Source: Phoronis australis (taxonomy: Eukaryota; Animalia; Phoronida). From it: 64,000 nucleotides of DNA. The position numbers and the translations under genes were made by a program. Of the stretch, positions 1-11,242 are shown in pieces; the first letter of the stretch is position 1, and every line of letters starts with the position of its first letter. The stretch covers positions 1,057,553-1,121,552 of the forward strand of contig NMRA01000067.1 of the NCBI GenBank assembly GCA_002633005.1. Direction: 5' to 3'. The notes under the pieces were generated by a model that was given only the letters and a program-made list of their open reading frames with translations, was not told where the DNA came from and made no database searches.

Positions 1-1229
1 AAAGTCAGGCAAAAAGTACAGCAACATGACAAATCTCATTTATGACATATAATAAGTTTGTAGGCTTGTATAGAGCGATGAAAAACAATTGTCGGCGTTA
101 AAATTCGTCGTTTAAGCTGGCAACCTCTCGCCAAATTTAGAGTGTGTTTGGTCAGATGGCATAAGGGATTTTGCCATTTTCAGATGACTGTCTCTAAAAA
201 TTGATATAATAAGATTACTAAAAACAACAATGTAGCATGACCATCATTTGTTTCTGATCTACGAGGCCTTGAAAATTTTAGAGGTGAGGTCAGTAAAAAA
301 CTTGTCTGCGAAACCACGGTGGCCATGTAATTAACACTAGTGATAGAATTGATAATGAATTTAACTTAATCGTTTAAGTGATCAAGGGACACCATAATAG
401 AGCTACGTTTATTGACAGGTTAGTCTGAACTTAATGGACTTTCTAGTTTTCAATATATGTTCACTCAAAAGTTATCGCCAGTTAGTTGGCAAGCTATCCA
501 CCAGGAGGGTCTCATATGAGCGAAAAGTGACAACAAAGTTCTTGTCCAAAATTTCATCAGATTGGTAAATAAAAAGCAACTTATAAAATTACAATATCAG
601 CCATTGTGCGCCTTCTTGCACGCCAGGAAAACACGGAAAAAAGAAAGAAAGGCCTGTCAGTGGTAGTATTAAATAAAACACCATTGCACGGGGGTATTGT
701 TGACGTCATGCGCTTTCAAAGCAAGACAGAAACCTAACCATTTGATAAATTAAAAGGATACCAAACTTGGTTTTGGCCTTTTAACAGATATTAAAAACGA
801 CATTCCCAGTCAATCCCTCGAAACAAAATAATGTTCTATAACCCTCTACAACCCTAAAAAGTTAGGAGGAAAATTTGAAAACTCCTTCCGAAGTCTGCTA
901 CTCAGGTAAGCGTGACCTACGCCTTTAGCGAATTACACGGCAACTGTGGGAAAAGACCACCCTCCAAGAATCATGATATCCAATCTGTGACATCAGGAGT
1001 ATTAAGTTTTTAGTTAATTCTTGCTTCTATCTTTCAAGACTGGCGGCCATAATGCATAAGGAAGTGACAGAACGAGGGTTGGCTGAAATCAGCAAAACAG
1101 GGTTTATTAATATCCTTTTAATTAAGTAACAATTTGTGGTATCGACGATGTGGTCAGGGTGGTAGGATCAAAATTTACATTTAAATGTACGTTTTAAATT
1201 TTCTGATGTGTAAATTCATTCGTCCGTAC

Positions 1230-4200
1230 CTCTTGTGTAGCTTTTCCAAACATGGGAAAGTTTCCTTGTTGCACCAGAATATGAGAAACACCAGCGCCAT
1301 CAAACCAGCCGTGGTGCAACCAATCGCGATGCCGATGTCCACTATCTTGTACAACCTACATTTATATACACGACCAGAAACAACAGGTTATTGTGGTAAA
1401 ATAAGGTGAAACAATAAGTCACTGCGGTAAAGCTCCCTTCGATGTGATATTAACATCTAAGTGCGCGTCACCGCATTCCCCTGTTTTAATCATATAGGCT
1501 ACTTTGGTCTTGTCAAATTTATATATATTGAGGTATAGGTAAAAGTATAAATTTATTAAATAAATTTATTAAGTATTAAATTTATTGATGACTTTAGACA
1601 CATCCAAATTTGATTAAAAATACATGTTTCATGGGTTGGAGAGTTGTATTCTAAAAGGTACTTAAAGAAGTGCGACCCTTGGTAGCAAAGGTGTCCAGTT
1701 GCTTTAATTTATTTTGCAACAAGGCATTATGTGTATTGCTTTGCAAACTAATCAGTTGATTTTAGTCAGACCCTTCAGAGTCACTCACCCGCCAGGCTCG
1801 CAGCAGCCGACTTCTCCGTCTACGGTGCAGCACTCCGTTTTATTGAGCGCCACCTGCTTTTCAGTTTTGCAATTAACGTAGTTATCCTTCGCCGTTCGAG
1901 GCAATGATTTGTTGCTGATACAGTTTTCATCGAATGGTTCAGCTGAAATATTAAACAGTAGGCCTAACTTTTGTTTAACTTGTGGAACAAAAACTAATTT
2001 TCGAGACACCATCTCTTCGTTTCCTTAAATACTCAGAAAACATTCCCGTGACGTCACTCCGTTTTTAAGGAGCATATTGCCTTCGTAAATTCCCACATCG
2101 CAGATATATTTTTAGACCCGATTCAAGAGTTTCAGGTGTGCACACGAGCATCGAATCATCCGAAAAAAAAACTTAAATAAATAATAAAAATCATTGCGCC
2201 TACCGTGCAAACCGCAACACAAAGGAACAAATCCCTCTCTGGCTCCCTCTCTATTCCCTCTCTCTCCTCCTCTCTCTCCTCCCCTCCCTCTCTCTCCTCC
2301 TCTCTCTCCTCCCCTCCCTCTCNNNNNNNNNNNNNNNNNNNNNNNNNNNNNNNNNNNNNNNNNNNNNNNNNNNNNNNNNNNNNNNNNNNNNNNNNNNNNN
2401 NNNNNNNNNNNNNNNNNNNNNNNNNNNNNNNNNNNNNNNNNNNNNNNNNNNNNNNNNNNNNNNNNNNNNNNNNNNNNNNNNNNNNNNNNNNNNNNNNNNN
2501 NNNNNNNNNNNNNNNNNNNNNNNNNNNNNNNNNNNNNNNNNNNNNNNNNNNNNNNNNNNNNNNNNNNNNNNNNNNNNNNNNNNNNNNNNNNNNNNNNNNN
2601 NNNNNNNNNNNNNNNNNNNNNNNNNNNNNNNNNNNNNNNNNNNNNNNNNNNNNNNNNNNNNNNNNNNNNNNNNNNNNNNNNNNNNNNNNNNNNNNNNNNN
2701 NNNNNNNNNNNNNNNNNCTCCCTCCCCCCTCCTCCCACCCCGTCTCACTCTCCCTCCCTTTCTCCCTCACTCGAAATACAAGTTTTGGACTATATGGAAA
2801 AATGCATAAAATTCTAAATAGTATGTATGAAAATGTGAAGTCTTGCGTCTTGCTGAATGGTACGTAACCAATTTCTTCCAATCTAAAATGGGTGTAAGAC
2901 AAGGGTGTCAATTGTCTCCCTTTTTCTTCTCTCTATTTATAAATGATTTAGAAAGTGATTTACAAAATGTAAAGGGCTCGTGAGTAAATATTGGAATATT
3001 GAATTTATATTTGTTGTTATTTGCCGATGATTTGGTTCTCGTCGCTGAAACCGCTATTGCCATGCAAAGATTAATTACCAAACTAGAAGAATATTGTAAT
3101 AAATGGAAGCTTCAGGTGAATATGTCGAAGACAAAAAATATAGTCTTTAGAAAAGGGGGATATTTGAGAACTTATGAAAAGTGGAAATAATTTGGCGAAA
3201 TTGTACAAACGATTTCAGAGTTTAATTATTTGGGTGTCATGTTTACTCCTAAAGGTGTATTTACGAAGGCGCAGAAAATATTAGCTGGAAAACTGGCAAA
3301 GGCTATTTTTGTATCAAAAAGCCCATGTTTAAATACAAAGACATTCCTGTGCAAATGTGGTTTAAACTGTTTGACACAAAAATATTACCGATTTTATTGT
3401 ATGGTTCTGAGATTTGGGGATTTCATCCCGCTCAAGACATTGAAATCTTGCAAAATGAATTTTGTAAATTTTTGTTGGGACTTGGTCAGCATGTCTCAAA
3501 CGCTGCAGTGAGGGAAGAGTGACAATAAAGGTACATCTATTATTGAGAATCATTAAATACTGGTTAAAGGTTATCAAATTGTCAAGCCATCGTTATGTTA
3601 GTGCGTGCTACAATGTGGAATATGAAATGGCTGAGCAAAATAAGTCTTACTGGGCTCTAAATGTTAAACGATTGTTATTTGCTTATGGTTTTGGAATTGT
3701 TTGGATACAACAAGGTGTGGGCGATGCTGCCTCATTTATAAGTGAATTAAACAACGATGCTTTGATATTGACATCCAGGATTTGAGAGACAATATATTTT
3801 CTCAATCGTTAGATGTTTATAAAATAGTTAAATGTAATTTTGTAGTTGAAAAATACGTAACATGTCTAGAAAATAGTGTTCACAGAATAGCCCTCGCAAG
3901 ATAGATGCTCGGCACATTCATTAATGTTCAGGGAAGGTTTAGTGGACTTGATAGAGAGGAGAGAATATGTCCCTGCTGTGACAGTGGGAACGTGGAAACA
4001 GAATTACACTTTCTTTTCGAATTAATTTAGATTTGAAAAAAATCTTGTACTCTTTATGTATTATATATTTGTAATGTGGGTTGGAGGCCTGTTACATGAA
4101 ATAAACCTCTACTATAGATATCAACCCTATATTACGCACGCAATTTGACTCTAAAATAGGTAAAAAGACACTGTTCTAAACTGTTGCTATCTATTTCCCA

Positions 4201-5134
4201 ATAATGAGCGTCCTATTCTATCTACCTGTACGTAAGAGCGGTGGTCGATAATACACAGTATTTGGCTTATGATGTCAAACCAAAGAGAACAGGTTGCATA
4301 CGTGTATTTTTAAAACTGACTTGAAGTGAGAAATCCCGTTCTGGTCGCGAACATCTCCAGCATGTTCCTTCAATTTAAGCACACTGCAAGCTCACCAAAT
4401 CTTTTCTTTTGCACAAATAAATGATTTTGTTTAGTGAAATTTGAAAGTGTATCTCACTCTTATTCTATCCTTCAAAATAACAACGCAATTATATCTTAAC
4501 ACCTGATATTGAAGTTGTCATAAAATTATATCCAGGCGGTCTGGTACACCCCGTCTGCTACACGTCTGGTACACGTCTGGTACACGTTGTACCAGACGTG
4601 CACAAGCTGCTCTGGCAGGACCATTACAATGATCATTTGGAACAATTTTATGCTTTATTAATTTCTAGGTAAAACACGAGCTGAGGAGATTGCTGTCTCC
4701 TCAAAAGTGTTCATAACTTGGGCAATAAAAATATCAGGATTGCACCAATCTAAACGTCGTATCGAGAAGATTTTCATGCGTAATCTGACGCAAAACGATT
4801 TATCAAGAAAAAAATTCAATAGAGTACGTTTAAACACACACTTTATTATCAAAAACGTCTAAGTTGTTGATCGTTGTGAAACTCTTTCGACACGTTGTCT
4901 ACTAATACAGGACATGTTGGATCGTAACTGTGTACGAAAACTGTTGCCTTAAAGATACGCGTTTTAACAAACACCTTTGCAAAACAGACTGGCTTAACAA
5001 CGTGTTTCCGTTTGTCGCGGCTACTTGATCTCACCTGTAGTGATGGCCTGTGTTTGTGTCGTTGCCATCGTTATCGCGTGCACATATTGCGTCATGCAGA
5101 AAACTATTCCTAGCACGACAGTTTTCCTCGCCAT
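1230..5134 (-). CDS. STMC6/Shisa-like (WBP1/VOPP1-type) single-pass membrane protein, spliced; 3' end uncertain
   Basis: Phase-compatible GT-AG exons 5134-5035 (signal peptide MARKTVVLGIVFCMTQYVHA...), 1942-1789 (EPFDENC...NC...ECC...GCCEPG, six-Cys C-C-CC-CC pattern) and 1355-1230 (LYKIVDIGIAIGCTTAGLMALVFLIFWC TM helix, then NKETFPCLEKLHKR). Exon 3 ends either at a GT at 1229 or at a stop about 45 nt further on. Confidence 0.72.
2234..2322 (+). repeat. CT-rich microsatellite running into an assembly gap
   Basis: Tandem ctctctcctc/ccctc units next to N-run 2323-2717, with CT-rich sequence continuing after the gap. Confidence 0.9.
2323..2717. other. Assembly gap (N-run)
   Basis: 395 consecutive N. 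Confidence 1.
2780..4110 (+). mobile_element. Degraded, 5'-truncated non-LTR retrotransposon (CR1/L2-clade-like LINE) inside intron 1 of the STMC6-like gene
   Basis: RT motifs GVRQGCQLSPFFFSLFINDL and LLLFADDLVL, FNYLGVMFT and PILLYGSEIWG, plus C-terminal ERICPCCDSGNVETELHFLF. Multiple stops and frameshifts. Confidence 0.9.
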
Positions 5135-5878
5135 CTTGTTTTTCTTCGCCGTGACCAACAATCCATCCATTAGTCGATTTAGAGCATTAACGCTGTAACC
5201 AATTCTTCACCAACGTAACGACAACGAGTTAACTTTGTTACTCATAAGCAGGTGAATTGAAAGGAGCCTTAATTTTCTCAGTAATCGTCGGAATTGAAGT
5301 TATTAATCGGTAACTTTCACATAGAAAAGGTTGACGTTATTCGCTGAAGAACAAAATCAATATTTCCATTCAGATTGTGAACAATGCAATTGGCAAACAT
5401 ATACGTACAACGTTTAGTGTTTTGTTATATTCTGGGAAAATCCATAAAGGCGGTGGCATGGTAACTGAGAATGGAGTTAGGGGAACCTTTACACACACCG
5501 TCAGTTCCGTCTTCACTTTGGGTTCGAACATGAAACGGAGATCAAAATGACAATGGACATTCATGTATTTTTTTAGAAATCCACACCAGTTCCTAACAAA
5601 TCAAAAGGATCAATTTATTAATTTATGGAAGAATTGCAAACGAGAATCCGCACAAACCAGGTTTTTATGAGAGCCTGGGAGATTAGCTGGCTTTGTACTA
5701 ACATTAGTCAGAGGGTCATAACCAGAACAAGTAGGTTTCGTGAGTACTTAGACCTGGCGATTTCATTTTGACGTTTTGACTTTTTACACCTCCTTCATAC
5801 GAGTCTTTAATGTATGAAAATATGTTTACGTAACTTACGAAAAACAACTCGTGTATTTATTTGCATAACTTAATCTCT

Positions 5879-5906
5879 CTGTGCGTGCGTGCGTGCGCGC
5901 GTGCGT
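5879..5906 (+). repeat. (GTGC)n microsatellite
   Basis: gtgcgtgcgtgcgtgcgcgcgtgcg. Confidence 0.8.
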
Positions 5907-8382
5907 TAGTGTGTACATTTATATATTATCACTGTTTTGTATAACTAATTTGTGCAAAGTTTAGCTGCTACCCTGATCTAATGTTAATTAGAATTTACCT
6001 ATACTCGTGAAACATTACAAAGTGAAAAGGTTACCTTGTAAAACAATCCAGTACTTTGTATTACCGACAGCGTATTTGCCAACAGGTCCTCTCTTGGCGA
6101 ACAGGCCCACTTTTTCAATATTTTCCCGATGCAATGATGCCCCATCAAAATGTCCCGCAAAATTGACATATCATCATGTACTATTGCAATTTCTCCTATT
6201 TTCTCGTTGGACGTTCATGGGTTTTCGCGACACCCACAGTTTCCAGTTGGACTAAAAACAAAAAAAAGAAAAACATCGCCCGGTAGTTTTAGTCATTTTA
6301 GCATGCGTAATCTCTCACTCAGTGTGTTGCGGCGTAGGCCTATGCCACTCTCTTCAATCCATTTGTTCTGGTTTTCTATTCATGAACGTTGATAAATTGT
6401 TTGCAACAGGTGAACATTGTCTCTTAATTATGAATATTGTTAGTTTCCAGAGTCCATTTTCTTTACCAACATAATCGTAAAATGTGTACACTACATGTAC
6501 CAGTATCACTAATTTTAACTTTATAAAGAAATGAGTATATTTTCTAAAATCCTAATAATTTAGTACCGAACTGCAATCCATGTAATAAGCTATCCAGAAG
6601 TATATCTCAAAACTACACAAAAGACACGACATCAAATGTCCAATGAAATGTAAAGATGTATTATTTTCAATGAATGCTTGACTAAACTCTTCACAGCAAC
6701 TGTGAAAGATCCATATTCTAAAATCTAGTTGTCTATAGTCCGGTTGCAATCTTTTCAATCATTGAAACTATTTTCTTTTTTTCAAGGTGATCTATATTTA
6801 TTGAAGAATACACAGAACATACAAAGAAAACAACGACAAACCCAGAAATCGCGAAGCATTATATCTGGGTTGTAGACAGTACATAGATAAAAGTATTTTA
6901 CATAGAACTATACACATGTAAGTAGTATCTAATACAAGTATTCAAATATTTAGATACGCTATTACAAACATTAAAAACAAAAACATGTGCAGACATGTAA
7001 ATCAGAACAAGATTAATAAGGGATGCGTGAAAATTTACTACCATGGCTTAAGAGGAATTCGTTGAGAAAAAGGTCAAAGTTTAGACTACAATTTAATAAT
7101 AATGTAACGTTGGTAGAGATGTTATTACAGGAATTGAAAGCCTTTAAAAATTAATTGGTTTTCAATGAGTGGACGAAAAAGTGAGTTCTCGGGTATTCGA
7201 TGAGGCACATTTGAAAAAAATATGAGGATAATATTAATGGTCACCACATTTCCAATTTGGAGAGACATTACTAAAGTTGTGTCTAAATTTGTCGAAGTTA
7301 AGTAGTCATTTGTAAAATGTCAACCTCTCTGGTTTATTTCATTTCATGTTGTTTTTGCACCTTAACTTAATTGACATTACAAATTTATTAGACGACTAAT
7401 TCATTAATTTATCAGCAAAATAGTTCACGAAGGATTTAGTTATTACAGTATTTGTCATTCTTTTCGCATTTTGATGTCACTCTTAGTTTTTAAAATAATT
7501 GTTTAACTTGTCAGACATGTAAAGTAATAATTATTTATAAATTCAATTATTTATATTTTCTTCGGGTGTATAAAGGGCTTTTTAACGATATGATTTATGG
7601 AATTCCGTTGAAAAACGGCGTAGTTGAAAAACGTTTTAATGACACTTTTCCCACTGGCCTAGTGTTAAAGTATTTAGGCTATTTGTTATCGTTTGTCCTA
7701 GATACATGATTCTATCGTAGTTTAGCTCGGGCGGTGCTTGGTTACGTGGATATATTTTAAAGAAACTGCAAATTTTCTAAATTATGGTAATACGTCTAGG
7801 AAGCGGTATTATCCACGGCAAGCAGATGATCCTCCGTTTGACAACGTATCACGTGGTGAATACCTTGCCGGTTGACGTTTGAAACAATTTAAATCAACTT
7901 AAATGTATATAATGAACATATTGATTAAATATTTCAATTTTCCACAAAATTTGTAAGTAATATGGTTCGCAATGAACCTAAGACAAAAATTCAATCTGTC
8001 CGTGATCACGATTTCTGAGTACTGCCATTGTCCGTGCTCCGTCTTCTAATGAGTTTTCTATCTTCAAACAAATGTTTCAGTTAGGTCTCAATTCAGTCTG
8101 CCGAATTTCAGGTATTTACCTCCAAGAGAATTAGTGCTGTGGTTGAAATTCATTACATCGAATTTCAGGCATTCCCGTAATTAGACAAATAACATTGCTA
8201 CTTCCGTTCTATTGTGAGTATAACACCTCAGTTCCCAAGAACGCAAAGGATTTGACTTGATGTTGTGCATACGTTTTTACCATACGAGTCAACTCCTCAA
8301 ATTAAGTTTGACTAATTTGACACATAATAAATTTAAAATGACACGTGTCGTGACCGGATAAAATTCGACACTGTAGAAATGA

Positions 8383-8597
8383 GTAAAACACGTTAAAATC
8401 CGGTAAAAATGTATCAAAAACACTAGCTTTCGAGCCTTAGTGAGTGCGGCTCTTCATCAGGTGTCGGTGACGACAAGTGGCGCGAAAGGCTTAATTATAC
8501 CAACTTGTCTTCATACCTGCGAAAAAGCCGCACTCATTAAAGCTCGAAAACTAGTGTTTTTATATACATTTTTACCGGATTTTAAAGCATTTTACCT
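8383..8597. repeat. ~100-bp-arm inverted repeat containing two hammerhead copies (inverted Penelope pseudo-LTR-like)
   Basis: Left arm taaaatccggtaaaaatgtat...cactagctttcgagcc...tgagtgcggctc mirrors right arm aagccgcactca...gctcgaaaactagtg...atacatttttaccggattttaa. Confidence 0.85.
8419..8465 (-). ncRNA. Type I minimal hammerhead ribozyme (Penelope-associated type)
   Basis: The minus strand reads GACAC-CTGATGA-A-GAGCC-(gcactcactaa)-GGCTC-GAA-AGCT-A-GTGTT. This gives stem I GACAC/GTGTT, core CUGAUGA, stem II GAGCC/GGCUC, GAAA, palindromic minimal stem III AGCU and a predicted UA cleavage site. Confidence 0.75.
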
Positions 8598-9206
8598 GTT
8601 TCAACTTTTTCTATTTTGACACAGATTGCCAATAACTTTTTATCCCGTACGCGTTGAATCTATCGAGTGCAATACAGCCAAGCAATAATGTTTTCCGTAT
8701 TCACCTCCTGCACTACTTCAACAGTGACCTGTGATATGGAAAGTTCTAAAGGTAGGTCAATGTCAACTCGACGTCGTTAGCCGGTTCGATCATCGAATTT
8801 TCCGAATATAGTTTAAAGTAATACAATTGCAGCTGTATAAATAACACTAGACATGCAACCAGGCCCTAAACGTAACATCTGGTACAAACTGTTGCTTATA
8901 TGACACTTCTGTCTCAGTTTTCAATGGCTAAATATTGTATCGTCTGCAACTCAGGCGCCGATTCCTCTGTAACTACAGTATCAAATATTGTTGTTGTTTA
9001 ACTATTTTCAGATGATGTTACAAGTTCAATGCACAGTTACCGTTGTTATTTCTTATCAATTTATAAATCGTTGCATATAAAATTGCAACCTAACGCCCAT
9101 GTACCTACATGTAGGATGTGATCCGCCACGTGAAAAGTCTGAGTGAAGTATTTAAAAAATCTGCCGAACAAATGAAAGAAACTTAGGAATTTGAAACGTA
9201 TGGGAT

Positions 9207-9349
9207 AAATACAAAACGTACCTCGATTGGCGTAGATGAAGTAATATTCCACTCTACATTATTCCGCGTATCGTCCGAGACCGCGGAATAATGTCTCGTG
9301 GGATATTTCTTCATCTACGCCACTCTCGGTAGGCCTAAGTTTTGTGTTT
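9207..9349. repeat. Foldback/palindromic element (MITE-like)
   Basis: tggcgtagatgaag...acattattccgcg pairs with cgcggaataatgt...cttcatctacgcca. Outer arms are aaatacaaaac/gttttgtgttt. Confidence 0.8.
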
Positions 9350-11242
9350 TTATACAAAACAGAGTCTGGTTTTCAGTACATTCCATAGATTCCACGATTT
9401 CCAAAATTGGTATTTATTTTAAACATCTCCTGACCAATATTGTTTGATGTCATCATTGGCTCAGCCAAGGACTTGATCCCATTTAATACCACATTCGCGA
9501 TATTTTGACACTCTTCTTGTCAACACCGTTGGCAGAAATATGAAGTGAAACACGCCAACGGTAAATTGGGTTGTGTTCAGGTGCTGCCGGACCATGCCAC
9601 CCGACACCCAGGTCACAAGCTGGTCACACAGAGATCGGTAGACTGGCGTATCCATTTTTCACTTTGTTTTTCTTTGTAATATAATAATGACAAGCATTTA
9701 TCGGTAACCGGCTGATGTGCGCCTAAGCTACGATATCCATGCGACCTGTATTGTTGTCTCCAACAAAGACGCAACAAAGGAAAACAATGGTAGCTGATGA
9801 TAACCGTGCGACGCATGGATGTCACAAGTTAAACATGTGAGCTCCATACGAAGATTTGTCGACATCTCCTAAGCTGAATTATCTGAGCGCATTAATGAAA
9901 TTCTCAAAACTTTTATCATACATCAATTATATTAATTCACATACACATGCTCAGTTTGAACAACATCTGCAAATTACAACACATGATACATAGATATAGT
10001 GAATCTTCAAAGATCAGTCTACATATGTCATGATATCTCCGTACTACAACGGTGCCTTGATTTAACAGTTTTTCATGTTGGTTATACCATGAATAATTGT
10101 GCTTGTATATTGTAGTATCTGGTGGAGTGCACTGATTTTCGAACTAGTGCTCTTCGCTCGCCGAGCTAGTGCACGCCGGTCGCTGAGCTAATGCCACCAG
10201 TCGCCACGGCGACGAGACGGGCCTCAATTTCTTGAATGGCCCTAAGCTGCTGCTTTTTAACTTAACGGATTGCTTCCCAGTGGCCACAACTTTTGAATAG
10301 CATCTATATGAGGAGATGGAGCTCCTTTTTAATCTACCATTGTCTTAGAAATAAATAATGGAAAGGACCCTGAACATTTGTGAAACAAATGTGTAAAGAT
10401 GTAGTATTGTTACTTTGACCACAATAAGGTAGAAAATGAAATTCGTTTGACCGAGGCACCATAAAAAGTAAGGATACCGGCGACGTCCTCTCGTGTCTTG
10501 CGGTGGTGTAGTCGCGTGGAAAATAGTGGCGGACCCAGAACACAAAGAAGGAATGAAATAGACGAAATGCTGGTTACTTTTTACTATGAAAAATTTACTT
10601 TAATAATGTCCAAAACAAGACGGGAATATAAGTCTATTGCGGGGACACATTCACTGGCAGCAGAAAAGTGATGGGACGACACCCCACGCATCCCCTAAAA
10701 CATTCTTTCATGGGAATACAGGCCTACTATGACCCACAGCAATTGAGTGACGTGATTAAACTAACAGAGTGTGACGAGAAAAGTATGTGACAAAGCTGCA
10801 AATAACCTTTGAAGGCCATTGCACTTCCGATGCCATTCTGGAAAATTTTATGGACGGTGATAAGGGTTGCGTTCCTCTGATGAAGGATTTACTCTGCGGG
10901 CTAGTGTTCTGCAGCCCGTAGCCTTAGGCTTCAATTCCCAAATCTGAAGTCAAAGGTAAGGTTGCTGGCTGTTAGCTTTCAAAATCTTACCGCCAACCGG
11001 CATTATCAGGTGGCCCGTCATCCCCAGCTAGGATATGGGATTTATGTGCTTGGTATACATTCTCAAGCCGATCTTTCAATACCTTCACCATAAAGTCAGT
11101 TGGCCCCGGAATCAAACCACTCGCACCTACTACACCCGGAGGCATGCTGCAGGATTTCAATTTGGTCGTGTCCGCGGGTGTGTATGCGATACCGAAACTT
11201 TCGGGTTGCTGGTTGTCTAAGAAGTCTTAACAGAATCAAGCA

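Noticed and set aside
2112-2911. Long ORFs spanning the first gap
   Set aside because: They consist of X residues from the N-run plus translated CT microsatellite.
6550-7260. Possible minus-strand LINE 3' remnant
   Set aside because: Only a faint KCG...HIFFKC-like trace, too degraded to support as a feature.
10878-10910. Other CTGATGA motifs (also ~34745 and ~48908) as hammerhead ribozymes
   Set aside because: No stem II closing onto GAAA and no stem I complement visible.
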